This document shows positions 25,820-35,850 of a DNA stretch of 64,000 nt, piece by piece (the first letter of the stretch is position 1; each line of letters opens with the position of its first letter). Position numbers and translations under genes: made by a program. The notes below the pieces were generated by a model. It was given only the letters and a program-made list of their open reading frames with translations, made no database searches and was not told the DNA's origin. The stretch is from a phage: the sequence record PX441839.1, one strand, 5' to 3'.

Positions 25820-26230
25820 TTAAGGATATTCTTTTCTTCGAAGCTCGAAGTGGGGACCGTCATAGAACCGTTCATCTTTCCAGTCCCCGTTTTCATTCCA
25901 GTCTCCACCCCACCGAATCGCCACACCAAGCTCATCTGCACACTTGAACATTGTCTCAGATAATTCGTTGAACTTTCCCTTATCATCCCAAGGAATTTTT
26001 CCACCAATCAGAGGTGCAATGTCCACAGCATGACCTGTCAGGTGGCGACTGTTCATGGTCTTGCTTACACCCTTCCGAACGTTCTCTGCCTGTTTCTCTC
26101 GTGAACGGACACCTTCAATGACCGTGAAGTCAAACTTGGTTTTGGTAATAGCAAGTTTTACCACCTTCACAAGATCAGGGTGTACGCCATTCAAACGGTC
26201 AAGACTTCGTTTTCCTAATACAAATGCCAT
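25820..26230 (-). CDS. endolysin, L-alanyl-D-glutamate peptidase (peptidase M15 family)
   Basis: 136 aa; SRHLTGHAVDIAP ... WGGDWNENGDW matches the T5-type endolysin fold. Confidence 0.7.
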   Translation of the reverse strand: MAFVLGKRSLDRLNGVHPDLVKVVKLAITKTKFDFTVIEGVRSREKQAENVRKGVSKTMNSRHLTGHAVDIAPLIGGKIPWDDKGKFNELSETMFKCADELGVAIRWGGDWNENGDWKDERFYDGPHFELRRKEYP

Positions 26231-26232
26231 TT

Positions 26233-26691
26233 TTACTCCTTTGGTCCAAAGAAAGACTCATTTAATTGAGTCAGTGCCGGAGACAAGGTCAAAGATGCTT
26301 CTGCAATCCGAGCCTCGTACTCCAAATCTTTTAAATAACGATCAAGATCGTCAGCACTTAACTTACCGTAGTGTTCCTTAAAGGTGTTCTTGATCGCATC
26401 CTTGAACTCTTCCCCCGCCAGGACTTGAAGACCATCTTCCAGTTTTTCCAAGTCCTTCTTGTTCTGTTTTGTAGGTCGATGAATTCCCTTCAAGAAGTCA
26501 ATTGTTTCAATTGCCGCCCGAATCTGTGCATCGATATTAATTTTAGCCAGCAGATCCCCAATACGGTCAAGAGTTTCTTCTTTCAGGTTGGTAGTATTAC
26601 AGTTCGAAGTCATCAATCTCAATCTCCTCTGGTTTATTAAAAGTATCACAAAGCTCAGTATACCCGCCAATATATTCCCTGTCACCATCAA
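26233..26691 (-). CDS. possible holin-like membrane protein (152 aa)
   Basis: N-terminal transmembrane segment then charged coiled region; adjacent to endolysin. Start overlaps the upstream gene, so uncertain. Confidence 0.35.
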   Translation of the reverse strand: MMVTGNILAGILSFVILLINQRRLRLMTSNCNTTNLKEETLDRIGDLLAKINIDAQIRAAIETIDFLKGIHRPTKQNKKDLEKLEDGLQVLAGEEFKDAIKNTFKEHYGKLSADDLDRYLKDLEYEARIAEASLTLSPALTQLNESFFGPKE

Positions 26692-26875
26692 ATTTGAAGA
26701 TTTGAGGAACTGTACGAGGGAATTTGCCAGTGTCGTTCTCTACCCAGTTGTTCATTTCATTGAAATCATCACCGCTTGATACATCACGATACTGATACCC
26801 TAAGCCCTTTGATTCGAGAAGGTCTTTAGCACGTACACAATACGGACAATTCTCTTTTCCAAAAATAACGTACAT
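26597..26875 (-). CDS. glutaredoxin (Grx1/NrdC-like)
   Basis: CPYC active site and TVPQIF ... GGY motif. Confidence 0.8.
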   Translation of the reverse strand: MYVIFGKENCPYCVRAKDLLESKGLGYQYRDVSSGDDFNEMNNWVENDTGKFPRTVPQIFKFDGDREYIGGYTELCDTFNKPEEIEIDDFEL

Positions 26876-26887
26876 AGTAACCTCCCG

Positions 26888-27274
26888 TCAATACACATCT
26901 GTACAAAGGATAATCTTTGTCTTGATTCCGAAATTTTCCATCATCTTGTCGTAGGCTTCCTCTGATCGCCCTTTTAACTCTTCGATGTCGATATCTGTCC
27001 CATAATCACCCTTGAAGAGGATCTTACCGAAGATCTTATACTCAACATCACAATCGTAATCTGGGGATGAACTGTCCAAACCCATACCATAAAGAAGATC
27101 CTGTAACTCCCCGTCATCATCAAGGTCCACATCAGAATATTCCTCACCGACCTCCTTGAGGGCTTTCCGCCAGGTGTCGATATCTTCACCCTGCATGAGG
27201 TGGCTGTAAATACTAATCCCCATTTTTATACTCCACAAAGGTTGCATACACCAGCGAATCTTCATCACTGGCAC
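26888..27274 (-). CDS. hypothetical acidic protein (128 aa)
   Basis: Six-frame ORF. Confidence 0.5.
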   Translation of the reverse strand: MPVMKIRWCMQPLWSIKMGISIYSHLMQGEDIDTWRKALKEVGEEYSDVDLDDDGELQDLLYGMGLDSSSPDYDCDVEYKIFGKILFKGDYGTDIDIEELKGRSEEAYDKMMENFGIKTKIILCTDVY

Positions 27275-27419
27275 TCTCTTTTACGACGCCTTCTTTTGAA
27301 ATTAACCAATAGGCACCATTCCAATCTACAACATGCGAATCAAAGTCTCCGTTGTAGACCCGTCCTTCGGAGAACGGATTAAAAGGCGTCTTCGAAGAAT
27401 AAACACACAGAAGACGCAT
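27213..27419 (-). CDS. hypothetical protein (68 aa)
   Basis: Six-frame ORF immediately after nrdB. Confidence 0.4.
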   Translation of the reverse strand: MRLLCVYSSKTPFNPFSEGRVYNGDFDSHVVDWNGAYWLISKEGVVKESASDEDSLVYATFVEYKNGD

Positions 27420-27429
27420 ATTACCTCAC

Positions 27430-28527
27430 TTACAGATCAAAATCCAGAGAATCATTATCAATGCTGGAATCAATCTGCCCAGACAGGTATTGGGTGTTCT
27501 CAACTTCTTGAGGTGTGGCTTGAACACCCGCCGTATTTAGGTGAGAACTGATCCAAGGGATCGGGTTTTTTGTCGGTGAGGGCAGGATGCTCCCCAGGCC
27601 AACTGCTCGCATACGCTGGTCAGTAATGTGATCGATATACTCACAAACAATGTTTTTGTTCAGTCCAATCATTGCACCGTCTTTAAACAAGTAATCAGCC
27701 CACTCTTTTTCCTGTGCTGCTGCATCAGCAAACAGTTGGAAAGCCTCTTCTTGGCAATCCTCAGCAACTCGTGCCATCAGATCACCTTCCCCTCCATTCT
27801 GCATCTCTTTCAGGATGTACTGTGTTCCAGAAAGGTGCAGTGCCTCATCTCGTGCAATAAGCTCAATAATGGAAGTATTGCCAATCATTAACCCACGCTC
27901 ACCAAAAGCAAAGGAACATGCGAAACTTACATAGAACCGAATAGCTTCCAGAGCATTGATGCTGTGCATACACAGGTACAGTAAACGACTGTGTTCATAA
28001 GGGTCCACTTTTAGGCCCATGTCTCGACGAATGTTCATCTGATACAGTTCATCATAGAGCTTAGTGACAGACTCCGCTCGCTTCATGATCTCTGGTGTCG
28101 TCATAATCTGGTCCAGGATCTCAGAGGGATTTGCAAACACGTTCCGCATAATATGGGTATACGAGCGTGAGTGAATGGTCTCACTAAACGCCCAAGTTTC
28201 AATCCAAGTCTCCAGTGCAGGATCAGAGCAAATTGGAAGTAAAACTGCGTTTGGACTACGTCCTTGAACAGAGTCCAGCAATGTTTGGTATTTCAGGTTA
28301 CTGATGAAAATATGTTTTTCGTGCTCAGGTAACTCTCGGAAATCTCGTGCATCACGAGTAACATCAATTTCCTCTGGACGCCAGAAGAATGCCAACTGTT
28401 TTTCAATCAGCTTTTCAAACTTTGGGTGTTTTTGTTGGTCGTATCGTGAAACGTTAACAGATTCTCCGAAAAACATCGGCTGTTCCATGAAATTGAACTG
28501 GTTCTTGTTGAAAGTTGTAAATGCCAT
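27430..28527 (-). CDS. nrdB: ribonucleotide reductase class Ia small subunit
   Basis: PMFFG ... RYDQQK ... [16 protein letters not shown] ... [24 protein letters not shown], closely resembling enterobacterial NrdB. Confidence 0.9.
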   Translation of the reverse strand: MAFTTFNKNQFNFMEQPMFFGESVNVSRYDQQKHPKFEKLIEKQLAFFWRPEEIDVTRDARDFRELPEHEKHIFISNLKYQTLLDSVQGRSPNAVLLPICSDPALETWIETWAFSETIHSRSYTHIMRNVFANPSEILDQIMTTPEIMKRAESVTKLYDELYQMNIRRDMGLKVDPYEHSRLLYLCMHSINALEAIRFYVSFACSFAFGERGLMIGNTSIIELIARDEALHLSGTQYILKEMQNGGEGDLMARVAEDCQEEAFQLFADAAAQEKEWADYLFKDGAMIGLNKNIVCEYIDHITDQRMRAVGLGSILPSPTKNPIPWISSHLNTAGVQATPQEVENTQYLSGQIDSSIDNDSLDFDL

Positions 28528-28617
28528 TACTTTACTTCTCCTCTTCTCTCGTCAACTGGAATTAATTGTACTCAAAGGTCTGATTACTGTCAACACAATA
28601 TTCATACATTTGAGAAT

Positions 28618-28641
28618 TAAAAACCGCCCCGAAGGGCGGCT
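28618..28641 (-). terminator. hairpin / terminator between nrdA and nrdB
   Basis: accgcccttcggggcggt followed by a T-run on the minus strand. Confidence 0.5.
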
Positions 28642-28648
28642 TGTTACA

Positions 28649-30913
28649 TTAGAGCTTACAAGCCCCACTTTCACAAGATGCGTCACCAGACTCATCTTGG
28701 TTGTTACCATCATAAGTCTCTTGGTAGTACAGAGTCTTAACCCCACGCTTGTATGCGTACATGATGTCTTTCAGAACCTGGGCCAGCGGTAACTTTCCGC
28801 CAGGAAAATCCCAAGGTTTGTAGAACGTGTTTGCCGAGATAGATTGGTCAATGAACTTCTGGATAATTGCAACCAGATCCATATAACCCTTCATTCCCTC
28901 AATGTCCCACTTATACTCATACTTAACATCTGGGTTTCCAACCTCAGGGACCAGCACGGGCAGAAGCCCAACAGGTGCCTTTTTGTAAGACAGTGCCTTA
29001 CGTGGAGGTTCAATACCGTTTGTAGAGTTGGTAATCTGACTGGAGGTCTCACAAGGCATCATTGTGGAAAGCGTAGAGTTACGCAGACCATGCTTGCGAA
29101 TTTCCTCCCGCAGACCTTCCCAATCTTGCAGTAAGGTGGCGGTGTGAAGCTCATCAACTTCTTTCTTGTATCGGTCAATCGGCAGAATACCTTTAGAATA
29201 GGTCGTCTGATCGAAATACTCACAAGAACCACGCTCTTTTGCCAACTCAACAGATGCTTTCAGCAAATAATACTGGAATGCCTCTGCTAAACGGTGGACT
29301 TCGTTGTTTGCAGACCCATCGGAATACTTTAACCCACGCTTCGCAAGGTAGTACGCCAAGTTGGTCCAACCAACACCCAATGTACGTCGCTTAAGTGTTT
29401 TCAATGCCGCCAGAACAGGGTAATTCTGGTAATCAAGCAAGTTGTCCAGTGTACGGACAGCGCTTCGGCAAGGAATCTCCAAATCTTCCAGCTTTTCAAT
29501 CTTGCCCAAGTTAACAGCGGAAAGTGTACACAATGCAACCTCTCCGTCATCATTCGGATCAAGATCGTCATTGATCGGCGCTGTAGGTAATGCAATCTCC
29601 ATGCACAGGTTTGACTGCTTAACTGGAGCAACCTCCGAAATAAACGGACTGTTGGTGTTGCAATGATCAACGTTCTGGATGTAAATTCGTCCAGTTTGAC
29701 TACGCTCGCTACCAAGCAGTGTAAACACAGCATTTGCGGTCATCGTCTTCTTCTCTACAGAAGGATCATTCTCCAGTTGCTCATACAGCTTCTCAAATGC
29801 ATTGATGTCCTTGAAGAACAGTTCATACAGTTTACCACCTGCAACGTTGGGATGGAAGAATGTAATATTACCTTTCTTCTGTAAACGTGCATAAAACATC
29901 TTAGACAATTGAACACCGTAGTCAACATGACGGGCACGAGTGCTCTCAGTACCACGATTGTTCTTCATGACGATCAGTTGTTCAAAGTCCCAGTGCCAGA
30001 TCGGGTAGAAGTAGTTGGCAGATGCCTTACGTACACCACCTTGTGATGTCCACCCCAGAGATTCTTGATACATACGGACAATAGGTACAGTGCCAGCATG
30101 TTTAACCTCCCCACCTCGAATCTCTGACCCTTGTCCACGAATCATTCCAAAGTTCAGTCCGATACCTGCACGTTGAGCCGCATACTTACCTTGTGCAGTG
30201 TTGGCATTAAAGATTTGGTTAATCTCATCGCCAGCTTCAATCAGAACACAAGAACTGAACTGACGTGTCGGGGTTCGAACACCTGCCATAATCGGGGTAG
30301 GCAGAGAAAGAACCATTGTTGACACACTCTCATACAGTTCAACAATCTTTTCCAGTCGGACTTCACGATCCTCTTTGGCATTCAGGCACATTGCAATAAG
30401 CATCAGTGCCATTTGAGGGGATTCGTAAATCTCTCCTGTTTTTCTGTTCTGGACCAAATATTTGTCTTCGTATTGAACCATCGCTGCATAGGTGTAATCA
30501 AAGTCACGATCATGTTTAATTCGTGCATTGAGGTAGTCCATTTCATCTGCATTGAAATCTTCAATGAGGTGCTTGTCATACTTACCCATCTCAACCAACT
30601 TCTGAACATGCACCGCCAAGTGAGGTGGTGTAAATGTTCCGTAAGCCATCTTCCGCAGTTTAAAAAGTAGCAGTCGAGACGCAGCATACTGATAATCAGG
30701 GTTTTCAACAGAGATCAGGTCTGCGGCAGACTTGACCAGAGTATCGTGGATATCTGATGTTGAAATACCATCAAACACCTGCAACTGTGCCTTCATAAGG
30801 ATCTCCGAAGGACTCACATCAAGACCTTCGCTCGCCCAAACTGCAACACGGTTTGCCTTCTCTGCGTCAAATGCTTCACGAGTACCATTTGCTTTAACTA
30901 CTGAAATGCTCAA
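28649..30913 (-). CDS. nrdA: ribonucleotide reductase class Ia large subunit
   Basis: 754 aa; N-terminal ATP-cone, PTPIMAGVRTPTRQFSSCVLIE, NLCMEIALPT, C-terminal CESGACKL. Confidence 0.9.
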   Translation of the reverse strand: MSISVVKANGTREAFDAEKANRVAVWASEGLDVSPSEILMKAQLQVFDGISTSDIHDTLVKSAADLISVENPDYQYAASRLLLFKLRKMAYGTFTPPHLAVHVQKLVEMGKYDKHLIEDFNADEMDYLNARIKHDRDFDYTYAAMVQYEDKYLVQNRKTGEIYESPQMALMLIAMCLNAKEDREVRLEKIVELYESVSTMVLSLPTPIMAGVRTPTRQFSSCVLIEAGDEINQIFNANTAQGKYAAQRAGIGLNFGMIRGQGSEIRGGEVKHAGTVPIVRMYQESLGWTSQGGVRKASANYFYPIWHWDFEQLIVMKNNRGTESTRARHVDYGVQLSKMFYARLQKKGNITFFHPNVAGGKLYELFFKDINAFEKLYEQLENDPSVEKKTMTANAVFTLLGSERSQTGRIYIQNVDHCNTNSPFISEVAPVKQSNLCMEIALPTAPINDDLDPNDDGEVALCTLSAVNLGKIEKLEDLEIPCRSAVRTLDNLLDYQNYPVLAALKTLKRRTLGVGWTNLAYYLAKRGLKYSDGSANNEVHRLAEAFQYYLLKASVELAKERGSCEYFDQTTYSKGILPIDRYKKEVDELHTATLLQDWEGLREEIRKHGLRNSTLSTMMPCETSSQITNSTNGIEPPRKALSYKKAPVGLLPVLVPEVGNPDVKYEYKWDIEGMKGYMDLVAIIQKFIDQSISANTFYKPWDFPGGKLPLAQVLKDIMYAYKRGVKTLYYQETYDGNNQDESGDASCESGACKL

Positions 30914-30939
30914 ATTGATCTCCTTAACTGAACTATTAA

Positions 30940-31161
30940 TTACTTATCTTTAACTTCTGTGTACTTTTCGACATTTTCCTGCTCGGAAGCTCCAATGCGA
31001 ATTGTACGGCCTGAATACGGATCGTGATATGTATCATCATAACCCACAGACTCATCAACTAGATCGTTAAACTGTAACCATCCAATATACTCGTTCTTGC
31101 TTGCAAAGCCTCGTTGGAACCATTTGGTGTGCTCAACAGGTACAGTTGCTGATTTTGCCAT
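30940..31161 (-). CDS. hypothetical protein (73 aa)
   Basis: Six-frame ORF. Confidence 0.5.
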   Translation of the reverse strand: MAKSATVPVEHTKWFQRGFASKNEYIGWLQFNDLVDESVGYDDTYHDPYSGRTIRIGASEQENVEKYTEVKDK

Positions 31162-31175
31162 TTATAAAACTCCTC

Positions 31176-31667
31176 TTATTTCAGGTTAGGGTTAAGGAAA
31201 TGTTCCAGGCTCTCTACCTGAGGTAGATCCATTACCAGCACTTCGTTTCGGTCTTCTTTTTTGGTGTATTTGCGAGTATTAACCTTGTCGTTTGTTGGCT
31301 GTTCGAATGCCAGGGAGTTAACAAAGTCTGTTGCCGCTGCTCCAGATACATCCAAAATATCCACCTTGTCATAAATACCCACGTAGGGGAATTCACGTTT
31401 GTTTCGTAGACGACCAGAAAACACAGTTGTTTGTCGGAACATATATGGTTTGTCAATACAACGCACATTGACATTATTCATCTGGTCAATACGGCAAGGG
31501 ATATATTTCTGTTCTTCCTCATTCCACGTAGAAACCTCAAAGCCAATAAGGTGCAAAACTTGGCGCAGTGTTTCTTTTTTCTTGGGGTCCTTGTTGAGGA
31601 TTTTGGCACATTCAAGGATGAAATCCAAGGTTACAGAGCCGTACTTAACTTCTTCTTTAAACGCCAT
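31176..31667 (-). CDS. hypothetical protein (163 aa)
   Basis: Six-frame ORF. Confidence 0.5.
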   Translation of the reverse strand: MAFKEEVKYGSVTLDFILECAKILNKDPKKKETLRQVLHLIGFEVSTWNEEEQKYIPCRIDQMNNVNVRCIDKPYMFRQTTVFSGRLRNKREFPYVGIYDKVDILDVSGAAATDFVNSLAFEQPTNDKVNTRKYTKKEDRNEVLVMDLPQVESLEHFLNPNLK

Positions 31668-31751
31668 TAAAATTCTCCTTCGTACCTTAATTAACTGGGG
31701 CTTTTGCCCCAGATGTGTATAGTATCAAACCTTGAGTTTGTTTGTCAAACT

Positions 31752-32768
31752 TTATTTTGCAACATGACCAGGAATAAGTTGTCGGTGCTGAATCCAACCT
31801 TTAAAGTTACCACTCCAGAAGTTTCCTTCACGGTCAACGTGCGTGATTCCCTCCTCCCAAGTATCTGCCGCCCAGAATACGTTCTGGAACAGCAAACCGT
31901 CCTCAACATCTTCGATTGTTTCTTCAATCTCTTTTGCCTGATGCTCGAAAGGAGATGCATGTACCTTTTTACCAGCAACCAATCGAGTATAGATGTCCAG
32001 CGCTTTGTCCTTTGTGCTGTTCAAACGTCGATAGCTCACCTGACCGCAACAAGAGGCAGAGATCCGCAGAGCTTCTTCCTCCGTCAGCATCACAGGGGTG
32101 TCATTCTCATCAAGTACACAGTACCCTTCAAAGATGTGTTCATCCTCTCCCTCTCCGTCACCAAATCCGTAAACGTGGTCAACGTAAGGTGTGTGCCAAG
32201 TACCCGTTTGTAGTAATTCAGGTTCGGAATTTTCCAGAGCCTCTTTCATGAGGCTAGCTAGGACCTCAATAGTTGGATCTGCATCTGCATCCACACGCAG
32301 CCACAGGAAGTTATCCATTTCTGTTGTGGTCATCACAGTCTTCATCATCTGGAATGGCTCAATCAGTCGATTAGCGATCTGCTTGTGATACCCAGCATCA
32401 TCAAAAGCTTGAGCAAAGTCACATGCTCGATATGCCGCCGCCGCCCATGCCTCTCGACCAGTTACCTTATTGCATCGATCGATTGTTACAAGAGAGTCGT
32501 GCTCAACACCCTTGTCCTGCATACCTGGCTGGTTAGAACCAAAACGGACAGGCATTGCCATATTTTCTTTGATTAGCTTAATCATCGTTTTGATCGGCAC
32601 AGCGCGGGATGACATAGCGTTACGACTGAATAAACGGTGCGTCATAAACTCACTGTGGATAATTCGAGGGTACGTTAACTCAAAAGTTGTAATTCGACCA
32701 CCACGCTCTCCAATTGAATCAGCAATGATCTGAACTTTAATGTTTTCACGACTAAATACCTGACCCAT
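31752..32768 (-). CDS. thyX: flavin-dependent thymidylate synthase (ThyX-like)
   Basis: HRLFSRNAMSSR fits the ThyX signature RHR-x2-S-x4-S-x-R; 338 aa, longer than typical ThyX. Confidence 0.55.
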   Translation of the reverse strand: MGQVFSRENIKVQIIADSIGERGGRITTFELTYPRIIHSEFMTHRLFSRNAMSSRAVPIKTMIKLIKENMAMPVRFGSNQPGMQDKGVEHDSLVTIDRCNKVTGREAWAAAAYRACDFAQAFDDAGYHKQIANRLIEPFQMMKTVMTTTEMDNFLWLRVDADADPTIEVLASLMKEALENSEPELLQTGTWHTPYVDHVYGFGDGEGEDEHIFEGYCVLDENDTPVMLTEEEALRISASCCGQVSYRRLNSTKDKALDIYTRLVAGKKVHASPFEHQAKEIEETIEDVEDGLLFQNVFWAADTWEEGITHVDREGNFWSGNFKGWIQHRQLIPGHVAK

Positions 32769-33004
32769 TATAACCCCTCTTCATTATATTTTAACATTTC
32801 TGCCACAGTCGTTGGCAAACCACCGAGTTCAACTAACCAGTTTCCTCGTTCACCTACGCTTTTAACACTTTCAATACCTGTGTTACCTTGATCCTTAATT
32901 TCCATAAGGACAGATAACACATCGAGTGAGTCACCTTCCATCCGTAACCAGCCATCGATGTATAAACCTTCCCACTCATCACCTTGGAAATATACGATCT
33001 TCAT
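32768..33004 (-). CDS. hypothetical protein (78 aa)
   Basis: Six-frame ORF. Confidence 0.45.
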   Translation of the reverse strand: MKIVYFQGDEWEGLYIDGWLRMEGDSLDVLSVLMEIKDQGNTGIESVKSVGERGNWLVELGGLPTTVAEMLKYNEEGL

Positions 33005-33186
33005 CTCATCTTCCTCATTCTGTAAGGAACCGCAACATTATGCCTTACTGCTAGGTATGTGTCAAACATTTCCTTACACATATCCCTTGTTACCTTAAAA
33101 GAGGCGAGGAGATCGCCACTCTCCTCACTATAAACCTCTACGTGTTCACCATACCTTACAACCCACCTTCCCTTTCCACACCTCAC
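33001..33186 (-). CDS. hypothetical protein (61 aa)
   Basis: Six-frame ORF. Confidence 0.4.
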   Translation of the reverse strand: MRCGKGRWVVRYGEHVEVYSEESGDLLASFKVTRDMCKEMFDTYLAVRHNVAVPYRMRKMR

Positions 33187-33791
33187 AGTGTTTCCTCAAG
33201 GAATTTTCCAATGTCTTCCCACTTGTAGCTTTCAAAATCGTACTTTACACGAGGGGCCACTTCCTGACTATACGGGGTCAAGAATTTAACTTTAATAACA
33301 TCATCACTAAACTGATTGAGGAAGTTATTACGGTCATCAATAATTACCCCTCCAGCAACACCAGCCTTAACCTTTGTGGCATAAAAACCAGACCCATCTG
33401 ATCCTTTGTCCAAGTCAAGGAACGGGAAGTGATATTTCAAGAATCTCACTTTACTGCTGAAATGGCCCTTTTTGCAGTAAGATACAAAACGGATCGGGTG
33501 CCCAGCGTCATGAAGGCGTTTTATTACCTCAACACAATTAGTGTACGGCTTTAACTTATCGTACAGGTACGGGTCTTCCCAAAACTCGTATGGCCCAATC
33601 TGCTTTTTACATGCCGATGGGAAGTATCGGGAAAGATTATAATCAAAGAACCCTTTTGTATCTCGGTCCTCTATCATCAATCCATAATCCGCCGGAGTCT
33701 TATACACATCTTCCATCCAATCCAGCCATGCATTACCAGAGTCAACTACCGTCAGATCCACGTCAACAAGAATGGCTACTTTATTTTGCAT
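33183..33791 (-). CDS. HAD-superfamily hydrolase, probable 5'(3')-deoxyribonucleotidase
   Basis: N-terminal ILVDVDLTVVDS (DxDxT motif I). Confidence 0.5.
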   Translation of the reverse strand: MQNKVAILVDVDLTVVDSGNAWLDWMEDVYKTPADYGLMIEDRDTKGFFDYNLSRYFPSACKKQIGPYEFWEDPYLYDKLKPYTNCVEVIKRLHDAGHPIRFVSYCKKGHFSSKVRFLKYHFPFLDLDKGSDGSGFYATKVKAGVAGGVIIDDRNNFLNQFSDDVIKVKFLTPYSQEVAPRVKYDFESYKWEDIGKFLEETL

Positions 33792-34428
33792 TTAGGGTGT
33801 CCTCCATGAAATTGATAATTTCTTGTGCCGTCTCTGACACTTGGCCTTCACAGTTAGTAATGTCTGTTTCGTAAGGCTGACATTTCCGAGGAAACTCGCT
33901 GGAATAGATATATCTCCGAGAGTCTCCAGAAAAATCATACTCAGTCCCATCCTCTTTGAAACGGTGGATTCGTACCAGGAGATAGTTATCGGCACCTACC
34001 TGATTTACAACTGGAACAGATTCTTCCACGAACCCACCATCAGATACTACAACTACAATCTTCCTCGTTTCTCCGTATAACTCTTTTGCTAAGTTTTCAA
34101 GTTTTTTGGCAAAAGCTTTACCAAAAACATCGTTTCCGAACATAGGCTTCATTACGTTCTCTGAACAGTGGATCATCCATTGCCGTGGGGAAACATTCTT
34201 TCCATTTATCTGCAAGAATGGAACAGGCGTCTCTTTGTATTCTCTCTCATATAAAGCATCCCACAGTTTTCGGGTGATACCAGAAATTCTAACAGCCGCC
34301 TCAAACAGAAGCTCTTTAAACTCCATGTGTACAACATGGTACTCATTTGGATCAAGAAGTTTTTCAATTTCCTGACAAATGGTGTCTTTACCTGCCTTAG
34401 GTGGTGCATTCAGGTTTACGATAATCAT
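33781..34428 (-). CDS. deoxynucleoside monophosphate kinase
   Basis: P-loop NAPPKAGKDT resembles T4 gp1 (SGVKRSGKDT). Confidence 0.6.
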   Translation of the reverse strand: MIIVNLNAPPKAGKDTICQEIEKLLDPNEYHVVHMEFKELLFEAAVRISGITRKLWDALYEREYKETPVPFLQINGKNVSPRQWMIHCSENVMKPMFGNDVFGKAFAKKLENLAKELYGETRKIVVVVSDGGFVEESVPVVNQVGADNYLLVRIHRFKEDGTEYDFSGDSRRYIYSSEFPRKCQPYETDITNCEGQVSETAQEIINFMEDTLNAK

Positions 34429-34487
34429 CTCTTTCTCCTCTCCAGAATGTGTTGACTATTATACGCAACTGTTGACATATGTCAATA

Positions 34488-34511
34488 AAAAACCGCCCCG
34501 AAGGGCGGTTA
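34488..34511 (-). terminator. rho-independent terminator
   Basis: accgcccttcggggcggt followed by a T-run on the minus strand. Confidence 0.55.
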
Positions 34512-34514
34512 AAA

Positions 34515-35561
34515 TTAGAGAATGTTCGCCAGCGTCTTTTTCATCGCTGCCTTCTCGCGAACGTTCTTACGATCACGGGCACAAGAACCGCAACCTTGAC
34601 AACGGTAAACCTTAAACTTAGACAGATAGGTCGTTGCAAATTTACCCTTCTCCTCAACCATCTGATCCGACCCACAACGAACACACCGCATTACTGACTG
34701 GTCAGGATGGAACAGAGAGATGTTCGGGTGCTTTTTCATCCAAGGACGAACAGTTAAATACAGTTCTTCCAGCGTTGGGATGTCACCAATGTTATATGTT
34801 TCCATCTCTTCAAATGCAGAAGGATCTCCCTCTACGCAACGTCGCCACAGGTTGAAACCCTCATGGGACAGTTTACGGCTATCCAGTTCAAAATAGTTAC
34901 AGGCGGCTTCCAGCGCATTAGAGGGTAATGAAAATGCCTCTTTAAGTGCTTTCAAAGTGTCAATAACAACATAAGGACTCGGTGGCTTCATGCCGTAAAA
35001 TGCGAAACGTTGGTTTGCCCAGCCTTGGTCAAATCGTGCATTATGGGCAATAAAGATATCACATTCGTCGAGAATCTTCCACAGGTCTTCAACAAGCTTA
35101 CGATCTGATCGATGATCTCGGCTAAACTCTTCTGGGTAATCTGTCAGCTTCCGGCTGAAAATTGAAGGGTTGTGCAACCATTTCCCCGCAAAGGTGAGCA
35201 TGTACGGTTCCATAATTACCTGCTTCGGCGCAATAAATTGCTTAAATCGTCCAAACGAGTAAGCGATAGATGGTGATGTTTCAACATCTCCCAAGAACAC
35301 TTTTGCACCTGCTGCCTTCTGCTTTACACTCTCGATAAACTCAAGATCCTCCGGCGCAAAAGAACTCTCCGCCGATCCCTCACTTACCTTTAAGAGATCT
35401 ACTACGTTGTCAACTTCATAACGGGCCATTTCCCGACGAAGCATGTTACGAACAGTTGATTCTTGGGATTCTTTACCCAAGGTACGGGCAACCTCACGCT
35501 GGGACAGGCCAGCCTTCATAAGTTCCAGGACCTGCTCAATAGTGAATGTTACATTTGCCAT
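34515..35561 (-). CDS. DEDDh 3'-5' exonuclease with N-terminal HTH and C-terminal zinc ribbon
   Basis: FLGDVETSP (Exo I) and IAHNARFDQGW (Exo II-like); CVRCG ... CQGCG at the C-terminus. Confidence 0.55.
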   Translation of the reverse strand: MANVTFTIEQVLELMKAGLSQREVARTLGKESQESTVRNMLRREMARYEVDNVVDLLKVSEGSAESSFAPEDLEFIESVKQKAAGAKVFLGDVETSPSIAYSFGRFKQFIAPKQVIMEPYMLTFAGKWLHNPSIFSRKLTDYPEEFSRDHRSDRKLVEDLWKILDECDIFIAHNARFDQGWANQRFAFYGMKPPSPYVVIDTLKALKEAFSLPSNALEAACNYFELDSRKLSHEGFNLWRRCVEGDPSAFEEMETYNIGDIPTLEELYLTVRPWMKKHPNISLFHPDQSVMRCVRCGSDQMVEEKGKFATTYLSKFKVYRCQGCGSCARDRKNVREKAAMKKTLANIL

Positions 35562-35580
35562 GCTTTAAATCTCCTCGGTG

Positions 35581-35850
35581 TTATACAAACTCAATAATGT
35601 CCTTTACAGCATAATCACGCAGGTCTTGCTTATCTACGTCAAAAGCTTTTATGAACCACTGACTGCCTTTATGATACGGACTCTCTCCGTACCAAAACAT
35701 AGGAACTCCCTCAATTGTGCGGTATCCGCACTCCCCTTTCCAATTCCGATAAAAGAACCGAATGTTTGGGCTGTCCATACCTGAGTACAAACTTCGATCA
35801 ATGTTGCTCATATAGATAGTTGTCCTCCAATTGTCTGATGAACTCAGCAA
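35581..35850 (-). CDS. hypothetical protein (89 aa)
   Basis: Six-frame ORF. Confidence 0.45.
   Translation of the reverse strand: MLSSSDNWRTTIYMSNIDRSLYSGMDSPNIRFFYRNWKGECGYRTIEGVPMFWYGESPYHKGSQWFIKAFDVDKQDLRDYAVKDIIEFV

Noticed and set aside
28304-32251. Plus-strand ORFs antisense to nrdB, nrdA and thyX (for example 28304..28792, 31704..32213, 31916..32251)
   Set aside because: They are antisense to high-confidence conserved genes and lack start signals.
27430-32768. Group I introns or inteins in nrdA, nrdB or thyX
   Set aside because: All three reading frames are continuous and nrdA/nrdB align collinearly with host proteins; the free-standing HNH gene is in the tRNA region, not inside these genes.
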